A DNA stretch of 64,000 nt from positions 34,096,885 to 34,160,884 of the forward strand of contig CM074513.1 of the NCBI GenBank assembly GCA_037379345.1. Direction: 5' to 3'. Source of the DNA: Perna viridis. Taxonomy: Eukaryota. Of this stretch, positions 12,801 to 27,800 are shown piece after piece (the first letter of the stretch is position 1; each line of letters starts with the position of its first letter). The notes below the pieces were generated by a model. That model made no database searches, was not told the DNA's origin, and worked only from the letters and a program-made list of their open reading frames with translations. The translations under genes were made by a program, and so were the position numbers.

Positions 12801-15800
12801 CATGTCTGGGCTGGGTTTGTTTGCTACAGTATTTCCACAATCTAATCATGTTTTTCCAACTGGCCATTAAGATTTGCAAGGATTTCAACATTGGAAAAGT
12901 ATTGAGATAATAAGTACATATATGATTTAAAGAAGTCATGACTTCCTTGTTTAATGATACAAAATTTTATTCTGTTTTCTTAAAAAATCAGGGGCAGATC
13001 CTGACACTTTGAAAAGGAGGGGTGCCAGCTAGGGTTCCTCAGGAGAAGGAGGGTGCTAGGACACAATTTACACATGAAAATGACAAATTTTCAAATAAAA
13101 AGGGAATGCCAACTCCCTGCATCCCTCTGGATTTGCCACTGAAAAGTGATCGTTAAGTGTAATATGGCAAAGTTTGAAATAAATTGCATAACTTTTTTAA
13201 TTAAGAATGAAATATTATACTTCTATCAGTTGAGTGCCCAGAGTCGTATGTTGTTTCTGACATTCCGTTGGCTTAGCCTTTAATGGATCAGTTTTACTGG
13301 TATAAAAAGTTATTACTGGATAAACAAAAAGATTACAGATTATAGTTTAAGAATGTATCTGATCAATTACCCTGAGGTCATCATAAAAATATTTTGTTAT
13401 CAGGGAAAAAGCTCTGCAAACAGTAGATATCCATTAACTAATGAACTTTCTGTTTGAAATCAGTTACTTTCTCTTCTTGTTTTATTGCCTCTCTTGCTAG
13501 CCATTGCTTTATATACTGGGATTTCTCTTGGTAACAATTGCTGTATTTACTGTTACAATTGATTAGACATTTAATCAGATAAATCAATTTTAATTTTTTC
13601 AAGAAAAAAAGCATTATCACATATATAGGCTTATATATGTCACAGTTAGATGTGTTATTGGTTTCAGTGCAAACCCATTTCTAAAAATGGCTTATTCTTC
13701 CTTGGGGTTTTAAGGAAAATCCATACAGAAGATTTAAAACATGTTACACACTCCTAAAATGCATATGCTGTAAGGCAGGTCCAACTTTGATAAATAAAAG
13801 AAGAAGTTAAACAGTATAAATGTACATCTTAAAAAATAGTCTTGTGACTTGTAAGGTGGTCTAACTTAGTTTATTTTATTGTCTGTGTACCTATACATCA
13901 TATATGTACATAGAACAAACTTGAGCAAATATTACCACAACCTGTGTTAGACCACCTTCCTTAACTAGAAAGTATGTAATTGTTTGGAGTAGCACCACTG
14001 GGTTAGGAAATTAGTGGGTAGTTATGAATAAAGAGGGTCCTACTGAGTTGAACAAATTGTTGAGGAACACTTGTGCTACTACTTAATGCTGAAGTACCTC
14101 AAGTGTTACGTGTAATCATTAGTTCAGTGTAGAATACCAGATCCCTTTTATAGATTTGAAGTACATGAATTACTCTTAATATAACAATATATAAAACATA
14201 CTATTATAAATCTCAGTACTACACAGAATGTGAAGATATTTCTAGCATTCTTCTACCATATAAATGACATGATATTTTACCTGGGTCAGGTGTTCAGAAT
14301 AATAACTACTAAATTGCTTCCACATTTAACTTAGAATTACAAATTATTCAGAGTCAACAAATATTTACTCAGCAGATTTGTTGTTTTCCAAATAAATGCT
14401 GTTTATTATAATTTAACTATTAGAAACACTTCAGAATATATTTGATATTTATTTGCTTTAATATCACTCTATTGTTAACCTCACTTTCAAATTAGGGCAA
14501 ATTTACTTTTTCACTTAGTGTCAAAATGAAAATAAAACAAATTGCATAGTTGGTCTGTATAAATATATATATATACCTTAAATGTTTTACATGTAACTTT
14601 TTCCATAAATGTATTACATGTAACTTATTCCATAAATGTATTACATGTAAGTACTTTTCATAGATAATTTGAATTGAACCTGTGTTATAAGAAGAAGACA
14701 TCATAAACAGTTCCTTCCTTTTGTTTGCCCAATTGACCTAGAATTTATTTACTATTCTAAGTGCACCCAACATGATTTTCAACAATCGTACTGTTTCCCC
14801 CTTTGATTACATTTACTGCAGTGGTGGATCCAAGGGGAGTGCAGGAGGTAGGCATTCCTCCTTTTTATTGGAAAATTTGTCATTTTCATGTGTAAAATTG
14901 ACAAAAAATGGTAAATAATGTCTTAGCACCCCCTTTTTCTGAGGAACCCTGACTGCTGGCATCCTTCCTTGCATCTTTTAAGGTTAAGATTTGAATATGT
15001 ATACAGCTATCTTAGGACCTTCAACTCCCTGTTCTGGTAACTCCATAATCTGATGGACAGTGTTGATCACTTTCTGTGGAGTATTCTGATGGGTTCTCTT
15101 ATTAATCTTAATTGAATCTAGATAGGTTTTACACTTTTAATTAAGCTCTAAAGTGTGCATCTCCCATGTATATTGACAAGAATGTAATAGATAGAAGATT
15201 TATGACCGATCTCTGTTCATCACATCTCTCTGTGTGAAATTTAAAGTTTTCAAAGATTGGTTTTATCTTAAATAATAATTTATTGAGAATAGAATATGGA
15301 GAAACTGTCATGTAGAAGATAAAATTTTCAGCTTTAAGATAGTTATGAAGATATTATCAATTTGTACCTAAGTTTTGCTGCTACTGTATGATATGTTTAT
15401 CTGGGGATCCCTTTACTGGTGATAATATTTTATCATTTTGGAGGTTTTAGGACTTTTCAATAGCCCATTACCTAGTAGTTTAATATATGAAAATCCTTAC
15501 ATATTTGATGGGTTGCCAAGCTCACTACGGTTGCTATGAATTTACATTCATTTTAAAACTTTTGAAAATAACCAATTGGATAAATTTGTGAAATTTAAAT
15601 CTAATTTTTCACATATTTGTCCCTTTTATAACAACTCAATATTTATCCATTAAGCCATGTTGGATATTTGACCACCATAAGATATAAAGGTTAACTCTGA
15701 TTTCAGAATTCATCAAATATACAATGGGCCATGAATATTCTGTTTATCAAAATATGAATTATAATAAACAGTTCACACCTGTATGAAGGTTGTATAGGTA

Positions 15801-18800
15801 TTTTACAGTGAAGACATATTGGTCATTTATGAGAAGGAAAATCCATATAGAATCAAGATCCTATAAAGCAGTTTTATTAATTATATCTGGACACCATCAG
15901 GTGACCTATGACCTTTAACATTGTAGATTTAGTGTGGGCTTTCTAGCAATTTTGATGTGTTTTATTGAAATTTTCTTGATTTAGTACAAAATATTCATAT
16001 AACAGTGAAATGTTAGATTTATGTTCCTTACAGATAAATGAGAATTAAATATTTAAGGAGTTATTCTTATAAAAAAAGGGGAAATAAAGTAAAGTAAGTT
16101 ATATAGGCTGTGAATGGTTTTTTGAAAATTATTGTTTGTAGGAAACTTTTATGGTGATAAAATATATTGTATGGACCAGACATGGTTGCAGGTTCTCCAT
16201 GCAGTAAACTAGGTTAAATAAGCTCTATTTGTTCTTTAATGTAATTTTTATTCCTTAAGGAGATGTATATTTAAGTTGCTAAAATATTCCAAAGCTATAA
16301 ATGCAAATTAATAGAGACATTAAAATTATAACTTCTGATGGAGAAAAAAGTTAAATAATCAACAGCTTGAAGTTAAGACTATGTTTCTCTTTTTATTTCA
16401 CATCAAATACTTCACTTTGAGATTACTGATTTTCAGTGATGCTATTTTATGTGTGCTTTGTACACGCACTGGGGTTCCATGAGATCTTTTCTCACCATCA
16501 TCAATAATTTCAAGTATTTAATATGGGTGACAAGAAAATTTATATGTGAATGTGATGGAACAGATATGCTTCTTACCATTAGAACAAATTAAGGCAAACA
16601 AATGAAATGGAGAACATTTTGCATAAGGAAAAGCAGTGTTTACTTACCAATTTGATATTTTACTGGATCAAAATGGTTAATTTAAAATTCATTTGTTTTG
16701 TAGAGTAGCCCAAACATATGAATGGGTTCAAAAGGTGTCTACTTTGATAGATAATTTTCAATCAGGATGATAAGGAATACATAGATTTATTTGAAAATTA
16801 TGATAACATGTAATATATTTTAAACATGATTAAATTCTTACAAAAAAAACAACATCAGTAAATGGATAGAGTTCCCTTTGTCTTCCTATTTATTTTTTGG
16901 CATTGTTTTAGATTGCTTCTTACAAGTTTATCAGTAACTAACTGTTAGGTAACTTTGATGTTTTTCTTTATTTTTTCACTTTGTTTCATCTTTTTCTCCG
17001 TGATAAACGAAGCGTGGTGTCTGAAGGGTACATTTCATCTGATCTGAGTATATTGACAATTTATAGTCTATCTATTTCTCTGTTGTTGTTCCTATCTTTT
17101 TTACTGATCTGGAAACACACAGGCTGTACTGATTGATATTTTACTTTATTTGGTATCTTTTTTGTCCAATTTTATGGAAAAAAGGGGGACCATGTTGTAA
17201 TTAAATGTTATCCTGATACCTATAAAGTCATTGACAGTTTGATTGATGGGTCATTTTACTTATGTTAATAAAACAGGCAAATCATTCCATCAAACTCAAT
17301 TAGAGAAAAATGTACCAGTACATGTAGTCCGCATGTAAATTATAAAGTTATTAACACCTGCATAGAGTGGGCCTGGGGCAAAAATATGATTCATTACTTA
17401 AAATAATATTTGATCAACAAGGAACATACATTTTGTGTGTAATCTTCATGTACTCCTGTAATTTAGAGCAAGTGTAGAAGTTTACAGTGACCTATTACCT
17501 GTGAACTATAAAACTCCAACTATGCTGTTTTACTTATAAGGGACAATGCATTTTCTTTCTAATGTTATAATTTTAATGTATTCCATTAGGCTTTAGATGT
17601 TTCGGCCCGTGTTTCAGAATTTCTGCTGCAGGTTTAGAGTTTTTATATATATTTTTTAGATGTCTTGTTTTAATCAATTAATTCTAGAAGGCTGAGTACT
17701 CCTTTAGAATAACTCAGTGGTTCTCTTTACCAAAGTTCTTTGATCAACATTTCCTGCTATATTTCTGGTAGCCTGGGATCCCTTATTCTACATTAATGCT
17801 TTGAAGATTTGCTAACAATAGACAATTGCCTTTGCAATATGACTTGAAGTATTCTCATACATGGTGCAGGTACAGGTCTTATTGTTCCTTGGTTGATCAG
17901 AACTCTTGAACTACTGTTAAGTAATTCATTTTTATTGGGTGTGTCTAATGTTTACTTGGAACAATTCTATACTATAATAGAGGGTGTAGGAATATCTGTG
18001 ACTAAGTTTGGTACTTTTGTCACAGTAAAAGTGTCAAAATTCTAATATAGTCTTTGAATTCATTCAAATGTACTTTTTTCTTTGAGCGACAGCTTCTGAA
18101 CTTGTAAGGTTATTGTAAAATATTACAAAAAATTAATTCAATATACCCTCCCAAATTTAATTTAATCATGAGAAAAACTGAAGACTTTCTTTGGGTTTCA
18201 TTGATAAGTAAGTAGTAATATAGGCTATATTTGTCTTGCCCAAGGATATTTGTCGCCATCCGAATCAGTAACACTGTATTAAAATCTGATCTGTATTGTG
18301 GTGTTTGGTATTTATACAGTAACCTTTTAAAATATTCTGTCAACATCTTGGAGGTTCTAATGCGAGAAAAAATGACAGGCTTAATAAGTACTTATTGAAA
18401 TAGACCCATAATCCAAACAAAACGTAGGTGAAATATGGTCCCTGGTGTTGTTGCACAATGCAGTCTTAATTCATAAAGTATAGACATCGTTTTGCAAAAT
18501 ACTCCGGCAAATATTGTCATTTTATTTGAAGTTAGGAACTTGAAACCCATATTTATTTTCTCCAGTGAGAAAATGTACTCCACTCTTTAAGAAATCCACC
18601 AGTACACAATCAGCTACTGTTTTTGCATAGAAACTTCTTTTTAACTCCCTATAATTAATAAATAACTTTATGAAGAAGAGGGATGGACAAAAAATAGTTA
18701 TAAGGAATGCAATGCACAAGCAGACAATGATATAGTTTGGGTGTGTTAAGAGTTTGAGTAGGTGGATGGTGTGAATAGATCTCATAGCTTAACCATGATC

Positions 18801-21800
18801 ATATATATATATGTGCTTATTTCTTATATAAAACACAGTTCTGTATTGTATAAAAACAATCTTGTAATAATATGTTAGCTTAAATAATCCTATCTACAAG
18901 GTTCAAAATGAAGAGAATGTAATGTCTTTATTTAGAAAAGTGTTAAGTTCTATAAAATTCTAACTACAAAATCATTGACCAGATCTGTATTTCTCCTATT
19001 TAAGCCTTTAATTGTACTTTCTTGAGTTTTTGAATGTTTGCTTTTTGCTGGTAGGCATTTATTATTGAATGAGACAACAATCTGTCATGATAATAAAAAT
19101 GAAACAAATGATAAAATGACCTATCAGATATCCTCTATCCTCTTCAGGTTAAGTTACTTGTTTTTACAGAATGGTCAGTGCTCTCAGAAGTTTTAGCTAT
19201 AAGTAGAAGTGCCTCTTGGACATTACTTTATAAAGTTCATGTAAACGGTCTCTTAGCTCAAATTGAAGTGAATTATCTTTTTGTTTGAACCATCATGTTG
19301 ATAACCTTTCCAGCCCAGGGTGTGTTATCTAAGGTTAATTCAGAAGTTATTGCAGTATAAAGTTTTGACTGACATTAAATCCTAATAATAAAATCTCTCA
19401 TTATAAAAGTTACGGTAAACACTGTAGGATTTTGTCTCAAATTGGCATTGAATTTGTATGAAAAAATGGCAATAATTTTTTTAATTCACTTCAAATCTCC
19501 AAACATAAGCAGCTTTCATTCTGAGTGTAATACCAGGAGACACAGAAGATTTGGTGTCATATTGGTAGTGAAAAAGTCATGAGAATGTTTTCTTCCTCCT
19601 CTATCACCAACAATTAACTGTTAATTCTCTTATCTCTCGTCAGACTCTCATCTCTCTGATTGATCAACATTGAACACTTTTTTTTTGACTAAACATGAAC
19701 CTATATAAGAAATGCTCTCACTGCTATGTCACTTCAGGGACTGTGGAGTAATGTTCTGGCCTAGGTGCCATCAGTCAACAAAATTGTGAAATTTAATGAA
19801 CTGTGGAAAAATTTATACAACTCAACGAAACTTAATGCTGCTTTTTATTTTGGATTTTTTTAATTATAAACTGACACTCCTTGATCATATTTGATAAAAT
19901 AATATAAAGATTGCCTGATACTTTATACATAATTTACCCACTTATGAGTGTACCTCAATATTGCAGAATTTTTCTATGAAAAATTATACATTTAAAATAT
20001 AGTAATCTGATCTGAATTTGTCATCTCTCATCACTCCAGTCAGGTGTATAAATGTAAATTTAATGATTATATCAGAAAAATAAAAATATTTGATCAAGAT
20101 GAATTTGTCTTTTCTGATGGTTGAGGTTTAGTACTAAATTCTCATAACTATATTTTATGGCCCACTATTTATGTCAACTTATGATTTCTCTATTTACAAA
20201 CTATAATAAAGACACTTCACTGAGACTGAAATGGCTCATTCATATATAGAATGTTTTGAGTAAATATTAAATTTGTAATGTGTAATTAGTAAACTCAAAC
20301 AATATTGATAAATGTGTAGTTAAGGTATTGGATATGTGTAAATTGAAGTTTATTCACCCTTCAACTGTCTAGTACTATAAAGTTCATTATAAGGAGAGCT
20401 ACACCCAAACACCTACATGTATGTAAGCTCAGATTTTGGGAAACAGATATATAAGATTCAATTTTATTGATGTCCCTTCAGACAATGTTGACAAAAAAAT
20501 ATAATTGAATTTGAATTTTTATTTGTGAAAATGTATCTTGTTCTGTTCGAAGTACATTATTCATGGGAAGTTTAAGTAGTTACGGTACATGGCACTGTTG
20601 AAAATTTCAGGGCAGTGCATTTGATTATGTCACACACTGCATAGCAAATTTAGAAATTAGCTTAATAACAAGAGGCCTACAATCAGTGACTGAAACCAGA
20701 AACCTCTTTTCCCTCATCTTGCAGATTTGATTATTTTTTGGCCCATATGACATCAGATTCTTAATTTATATTTTACAATTTTTTTTTAACTTTTATACCA
20801 TTTAGCTTCCTATAGAAGCATGTTAAGTCTCACATGACAATGGCTACAAATGACTAAATATATTATTATAAGAACACCACAGTAAGCTGTATAACACTTT
20901 AATTAGTCACAGATGTATTTATTGGAGAGCAACTATGATAGACAATTCATAAAAATGCCAATGTGGTATATGTTATAATTTTTATACAATTAACAATATA
21001 GTTTTTTGTAATTTATGATATGGCTTTTAATGTAGATTTGTACTCCACATTGAAGTCTGTTTTTTATACCACACATTAAGTAATGTAGATAATTTGTAAA
21101 GGTCTCAGCTAAATGGATAGTATTGTCTGTACTTGTCCTGTATGTGAATGTTACCATCAGTTTGTGACAAAGTTTCTGTAAACAGCATTCAAAGTGTCAC
21201 GATGGATGATAAACAGGGTAAATACACAAGGAGGAAAATTCTGTGGTCAATATTATGGCTACAACACTTACAATTAGGGCAGTTTAAAGTTGTAAAATAG
21301 GTAGATATGTCTAGAGCATGTAGGAAACATGACTGTAGACCAATATTGTCCAGTCTGAGAGATAACAGATATCTAAACATACTCCAGGTTATCTGACCAA
21401 CAGGTGAAAGGGGATTAGAACAGGTTTTTTGAATTTGAACCCCTGAACCTGGAAAAAAAGGCTTAAAACATATAAACCAGAAGTTTGTCAGAATGGACTT
21501 CTTCATATCCATACCTCCATTAAGTGTTATAAAAGTTCTGCATTTATTGGGCAATCCAAATAATAAAAATAATCTTAAATTAATTTTCCGTAAAATACTG
21601 TTGATTTTCTTCTGCATTTTGGTACGATTTCTTTCCTGTTCACCTTTATTATATTTATAATGCAATGATCTGGACAGTTTCACCAATACAAAAATGTACC
21701 AATAATCCATATTAATTAAAGAGATTAACACAGATTATGTTGATCTATTTCTGTAATACATGATGTCTGGTACTACTGTTGTTTACATAAATAAGATAAC

Positions 21801-24800
21801 CAGTCATGTAGCACTAAACTGTCTGTCTGATGCCATCTACTGGTTCTGCTGAGCAAGTACTCAACAGGGCTATAGTTGTAAAAGTCAGGTGAGGTGAAAA
21901 ATCCAGCTGATTTATCATGTAGAATTAGTAGGTATGAAGCAGATTAGAGGTTTATCTTACTGATAATCTGGTTAGTAATATGTACTGACTTCTGACAAGG
22001 AAGATAAGATATACCTAGTACTTCTAGATGTGGGAATAGTCAGGTTCCAACCTTTAACTAGGTTTGTCAATGAAAACATTTGTACTTCTTTTGTTTTGCT
22101 AGAATTTTTAAGAATATGACGTAAGGTGATAATTGCCCCAAAAAGTTATTCCTGTGAAAAGACTTTTGGTTACAGAACGAACTTTTAAAAACAAGATATC
22201 TTTTAAAATGAAGAGGGTACAATGTTTGAAAAAAATGCTAGAAAAGTGGAGATAACTTCTATAAGGGATGATGAAATCCTTCACAAAGTCATCCTGTAAA
22301 AGTCCACAATAAGGTTTATCAATGGTCAAAATGTGCTAAAGGTACTTCGAAAAATGACAATAAGGTTTATCGATGGTTCAAATGTGGTAATGATATCTTG
22401 AAAAGTTAAATACGATGAAATACATCCATATCAAAGCAAAGTCCCATGTGGGAAAGACCTAAAAAATACACTTTCATTATGGTTAATATTGTAAATAAGG
22501 AAATATTGATGATAACATCATGAGAGGAGTTTAAAATCCATGCGTTTTATAAGTGCATCTCAGTTTCATAACACTGGTAAATTTAGATGATGACCTGGTC
22601 TTCTTACCCTTGAAAACTGAGATTGGTACCCAACCATTTTAACTATAATTTATACCTTCACAGGCTATATTGCTGACTTAGTGATGTGATAACAATAGTA
22701 TATTGTGGTAAACCTATATAAATTGGTTCATAACAGCATACTTAATTTTAAGAATAAGCTAGAACACAAATTTAATGTTGGACAATATTGCACCTAGAAG
22801 TGCAAATATATTGTATAGATATAAATCTCATGTCACAGTCTGCATTGAAGTCTCAAGTCTATCTTGTCCGTTTGAAGTAAAATTGGACCTGGTTCAAAGT
22901 AAAATGTTAAATATTTGCATCTATTGCCAATAAACTGCTTTTGGACAATCATGGATGTGCAGTGGTATGTCAAGAAAGTTGTCATGTTTAAAGATAAATA
23001 TTTACATGTAAGTCAGACATGTGTCTCATAACCTGTAACAGTGTTGTTGTTTTACCATGTCTGATTTTCCCTTTAAGGTTATGGGTGGGGGACACTTTTG
23101 GTAGAACAATTGATTTTGATGGTTGAAAAGGAATTTGTAAAGATACGGCTGAAGAAAGATAGCATAAAAGTTTTTCTCTAGGATATTGAGCTGTTTTCTG
23201 TGTCCTCACATCATTTCAGTTGGTGACAGTATGATTGAAAGTGTTGAGATGTTTTCTGTGTCTTTCACTCTATTTTGGCCCATTACAGAATGATAGTGAG
23301 TGTTAGGTTATTTTATGTTGAGTTTACATCATTACAACCAGTTACGGGGAATGACAGACTGTTCGTGACTTTTAAACATAACTAACATGATCTGTGATCC
23401 AAGATACAGCTGTGTTATGTGTCTTATTAGTTTAGTAGTGCTGATTATTAGTTTGGATGTGCTGAAAGACAATAGATGATGTGAAAGTTTCATGTTCTGA
23501 TGATAAAAACATACTCTTTGGAGAAAGCTATTTTCAACATGAAGGTTTTGAGGTTCATCTCTAAGCCAGTAAACCTGTTTGACAGAAATTAGATAGGTTA
23601 TGAAATATGGAATGTACTTGCTGGAATGGCATCTCATGTTTGTCATGTTTATTTAGATGCAGTCTTTTATGAATGTGACAGTAATGGTTGAAAGGGAGAC
23701 TACTAACTGTGCAGGATGTTTCCCTTGGATTGTGTTTTATTACAATTCACACAATCTTAGACAATATGTTTTATTTGTTATTTCCCATATTTGAATTACT
23801 TTGATTTAATAATTTCTTTTACTATTTGATAGTTATATATACAGACAAATGACAATGTCCATTATACAGCATGTGTATACCTTTCAAAGTTGTTCCGTTC
23901 TAATATAGACCTAATATTCTTTTATATTGATTATGACTGCATGATTTCACACATCTGGCCAGTTCCTGCTGCTTACCCTTCTGATACTTCATTAGCAGAT
24001 GCTAAGGGTACTTCAGAGATAAATAATTGCTCTTAAACTTCTGAAAAAATCATTATTTACCAGAAAATTAGTTTAACTGCTTTGTCTTATGTTTGAATAG
24101 CTTTGAGAGTAATTGGAAGAACTTTTATGATTTTAGCCCTCAGTAAAATATGAAATAAAATTGTAGTTCAGCCACAGAAGTTGAAATGATTTGTTTGTTT
24201 TAACCTTTTTGGTAAGAATAACAATGTTTCCATCAATTTAATCCTTGTATGAGTTCTGTCCCCTTATTCATGATATGCTTATTTTGTTTTTTTTGAACAG
24301 TGAGACAAATAAAATAAAATATCTTTTTAACTTTTAACTGGTTTCTTTACATACATGTGGAAGCATAGCCTACTTAAAAGTCTAGCACATGGATGTAGTA
24401 TCTATTGCTGAATTATTTTATTGAGTATAAAATAGACATTTCATAACAGACTGTAGTTAAAGATTTTGATATAAGTCGTTAAAATTGTTATGGCATAAAG
24501 ACATTAAAATATAAAATATCAATAAAACTGTTCGTATTTAAATAGGATCAAGGGGATATTACTTAGAGGTGTAGCTTGCAGCTCATCTGATAGCAGGACA
24601 AATTATAACTTAATCTTTAGTCTTCAGGTGTCTTTTTACTAATGTCTATTGTAATTTTATGTAATCTACAAAACCTTTGATGCTATGCCTTCTGTCTTTG
24701 ATGATTCAATCTAATGACACAAGTTTTAGCTTTTATTACTCTATTTTTGTATGAAATGTAAGGTATTTTGGCATTTAAACTTGACTTTAAGCTTATTGTG

Positions 24801-27800
24801 GGAGTTGTATGACAGTTTTTATTTCTGATACATATTGTAATAGAGACTCATTTGAAACCTTTTGTTCTATTTTCCCTACCTCTGCTAATTTGTACTTGAT
24901 GCTAGCTTAGAAGGGTCGCTAGAAACATTGCTGAAAAATCTCAAGCACTTGAATTTACATCCCACACATGCAAATGAAACATTTCTTTGGAACTTCCTTT
25001 CATTGACAGTTTATATACAGCTATGAAACTAGAAGATAGAGAGATATATTTCTTGTATGTTATTGACTCCTGTTATAAATGAAAAAAAAATCATTCATAA
25101 TGCAATTCTCATTATTTTTTTTGTCTATGCCTGGCTTAATTTTTATAACATCGTTTGGTTGATTGATAATTTTTCTCTTTTCTCATGCAAGAAAGGAACC
25201 TAATTGAATTAGTTATTTAATGGAACAAGTAAATATAACATGGCATAATGTGTCTCTTAACTGAATGTTTTGTGCTCTGAAGTTGCTTTAGATGTAATTA
25301 ATCTCAAGTATTTCTTGTTTCTTTTGTGTTTATGTGGAATGCATGTGGTTACATCTTTCTCTAGTAGTATGCACTCACTCTACTTATTAAGTCATAAAAA
25401 ACCAAAAGGTTGAGTTCTTCTCCATCAATCTATTTAACTTCTGAAGATGAGCACTTTAGCCAATAATAGTATGTGCAGAATGGGGTTCTTGTTAAACTGC
25501 AGTAGAAAAAAAAACAACATTAAAAGTTATCACTTCTTTATTGTGGTGGTACAATATTCCTTTGAATGAGCCTTTTACAATATAATGTCTTTTCCCTGGT
25601 ATTTCTGTGTAGATACATGACAGAATTAGAACCATCCTTGTCTTTCAGGCTTTTCCCTGTTGGTGGTACTTAATTATTATCTTGTTGAAGTGTTCAGATA
25701 ATCTTGGTCCTTTAGATTAGTTAATTACATGGTCTTGTTAAACCACTAGATAAAACTTAGTTATTTTAATTGCCTTGTAAGAGAGATGAGATAATGTTTT
25801 CATGACATGTATTGTTTTGATGCATCCATACAGGCCTGAATATTTCCTGGTTTTGATGCATCCATACAGGCCTGAATATTTCCTGGTTTTGATGCATCAA
25901 TACAGACCTGAATATTTCCTGGTTTTGATGCGCCCATACAGACCTGAATATTTCCTGGTTTTGATGCACCCATACTTCCTGCATATTTCCTGGTTTTAAT
26001 GCATCCATACATCTTGAATATTTCCTGTTTTTAATGCATCTATACATCTTGTATATTTCCTAGTTTTTATATGTTCATATAGTCCTGCATTTTGTTTAGA
26101 TTATTTTCATATGAATTCCGTTTAAAATAAAGAAAAAATTATTGTCGGTTTTTATCACTTTTATCTTGACCAACAATATCTCTTTTTTTCATACTTGAGT
26201 AGTACCAGTAGGATGTCATCTGAATTATCATTGACCACTTTGTTTAAAAATTCATTTTCAGCATTTATCTTAACTATTCATATCTTCTTTCATTTCAACA
26301 AGTCACTTACGCAAATTAGAAGGTCCAGGTAGTGTTAATTTCATTGTGCATCTTTTTACTGTGTGACAAGTGCAGCAATGAATGTCATTAGGAAAATTTT
26401 AGTTTTAACTTCTTCACAGGAGGTATGTGTCATTTTAATTTTACATTTATCAAAATCATTTGATATTAATTGTCATGCCCAAAAAAATTCTGTCAATGAA
26501 ATGTTTGTATCAAGCTGAACTTAGCACTTCACATTAAGCATACAGATGACTTCACAGTGTCTACTCTAAACAGGTCCTAATGATGAATGGTTGGGTAGAT
26601 TTTTGACGTGATGGCTTTGAAAGCTGTGTGTATCAGATATCATATGAGTATTTAATCTGTTTCGGTTAGCATTACAAACACCTAATTATATCTTGGGTAA
26701 TTTGTTAAAAAGGACATAGATATGTCAAAAGCATATGTGACAAATATCAACCTTCTTTTCATTATGGCTGGTGTCCAGAATCCACTTCTTTAATTTATCA
26801 CTTGAGAATCATTTTAAATTTAATGGACTCTGATTTGCTTTAAATGATAATAGCATTACAATGAAATGATGATCATCAGCTGTTTGATTTTAAAATGATT
26901 TGATTTATTTTCAAGATTTATTTAAATTTTATTTTATTTTTTTTTCTATTTTAAGTCTTGTCTATTGAGCCTTACATATAACCAGGTATCATTTTGTAAT
27001 ATTTTAGGAATGTCATAAATATGCTCTTGGATTTCAGAATCTTTAAGGGAGAGAGATATTAAAAGTCAAATATTTATCATATATTGGAATTGATTTTTAT
27101 TAAGTTCAAGGAAATTCAAATTCAGGCTTGACTTATCCCTTGCCAATATGTTTTACATTGTCAGTTTTATGTTAGTTGTTGGGACAAGCACAGTTCTCCA
27201 TTTATATCTACCTTATTGGCAATAATTGGTTCAGGTACATTTTGTACTGCATGATGAAACTAAGGAAGCTAGGGATAAACTCAATGTTCTGTATCAAAAA
27301 ATTGTTTTCACAGAGATGCATATGAAATTGAACTTTTTGATGACTGCAGGTGTCAAAATGGCACACCTGGTCAGGTAGACAGTGGGAGGAAAATCGGATG
27401 ATGATTTAAAAAAGTATGAGTACTTAGGGCAATCTATGAATGGAATATTTGTGAACTATTGAAAAATATCATTAAATAAACATTTTTGTTGTTGAGAAAT
27501 TAATCCAGAGTCATATTTTCATTTGATCTGATCTGTTATTGGTCTTATATAAATGGGCCAAACATTCTTTTAAAGTGTCCGAGTTCAGTTTTTGGAAAAG
27601 AGTTCTGAAATGAAACATTTTAAGGTGAAATAGGAAGAGATTCATATAAATAGCATTAATATAGTACCTTTTATATTATATAAAATTAATTGCAGGCTTG
27701 AAATATAAAGACACAATAATCAAAGAATTGCAAAGTACATTGATTTTTGTCATAATAGAAAGTTAAAGGCTAAAAAAAAAAATAGGTGCGAGGCTTTGTG

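Noticed and set aside
16999-17048. C/D snoRNA-like GTGATAA...CTGA...CTGA segment that retains CpGs
   Set aside because: Non-consensus C box, too short, no terminal stem and no identifiable rRNA or snRNA complementarity.
21189-21731. Longest ORF in the track (180 aa, - strand) as a nested gene in intron 4
   Set aside because: Non-ATG start, composition typical of AT-rich non-coding DNA, no recognisable domain or exon partners.
25766-26047. Repetitive ORFs in three frames; 36-bp repeat size reminiscent of CRISPR
   Set aside because: Head-to-tail tandem units without unique spacers, no cas genes, eukaryotic intron.
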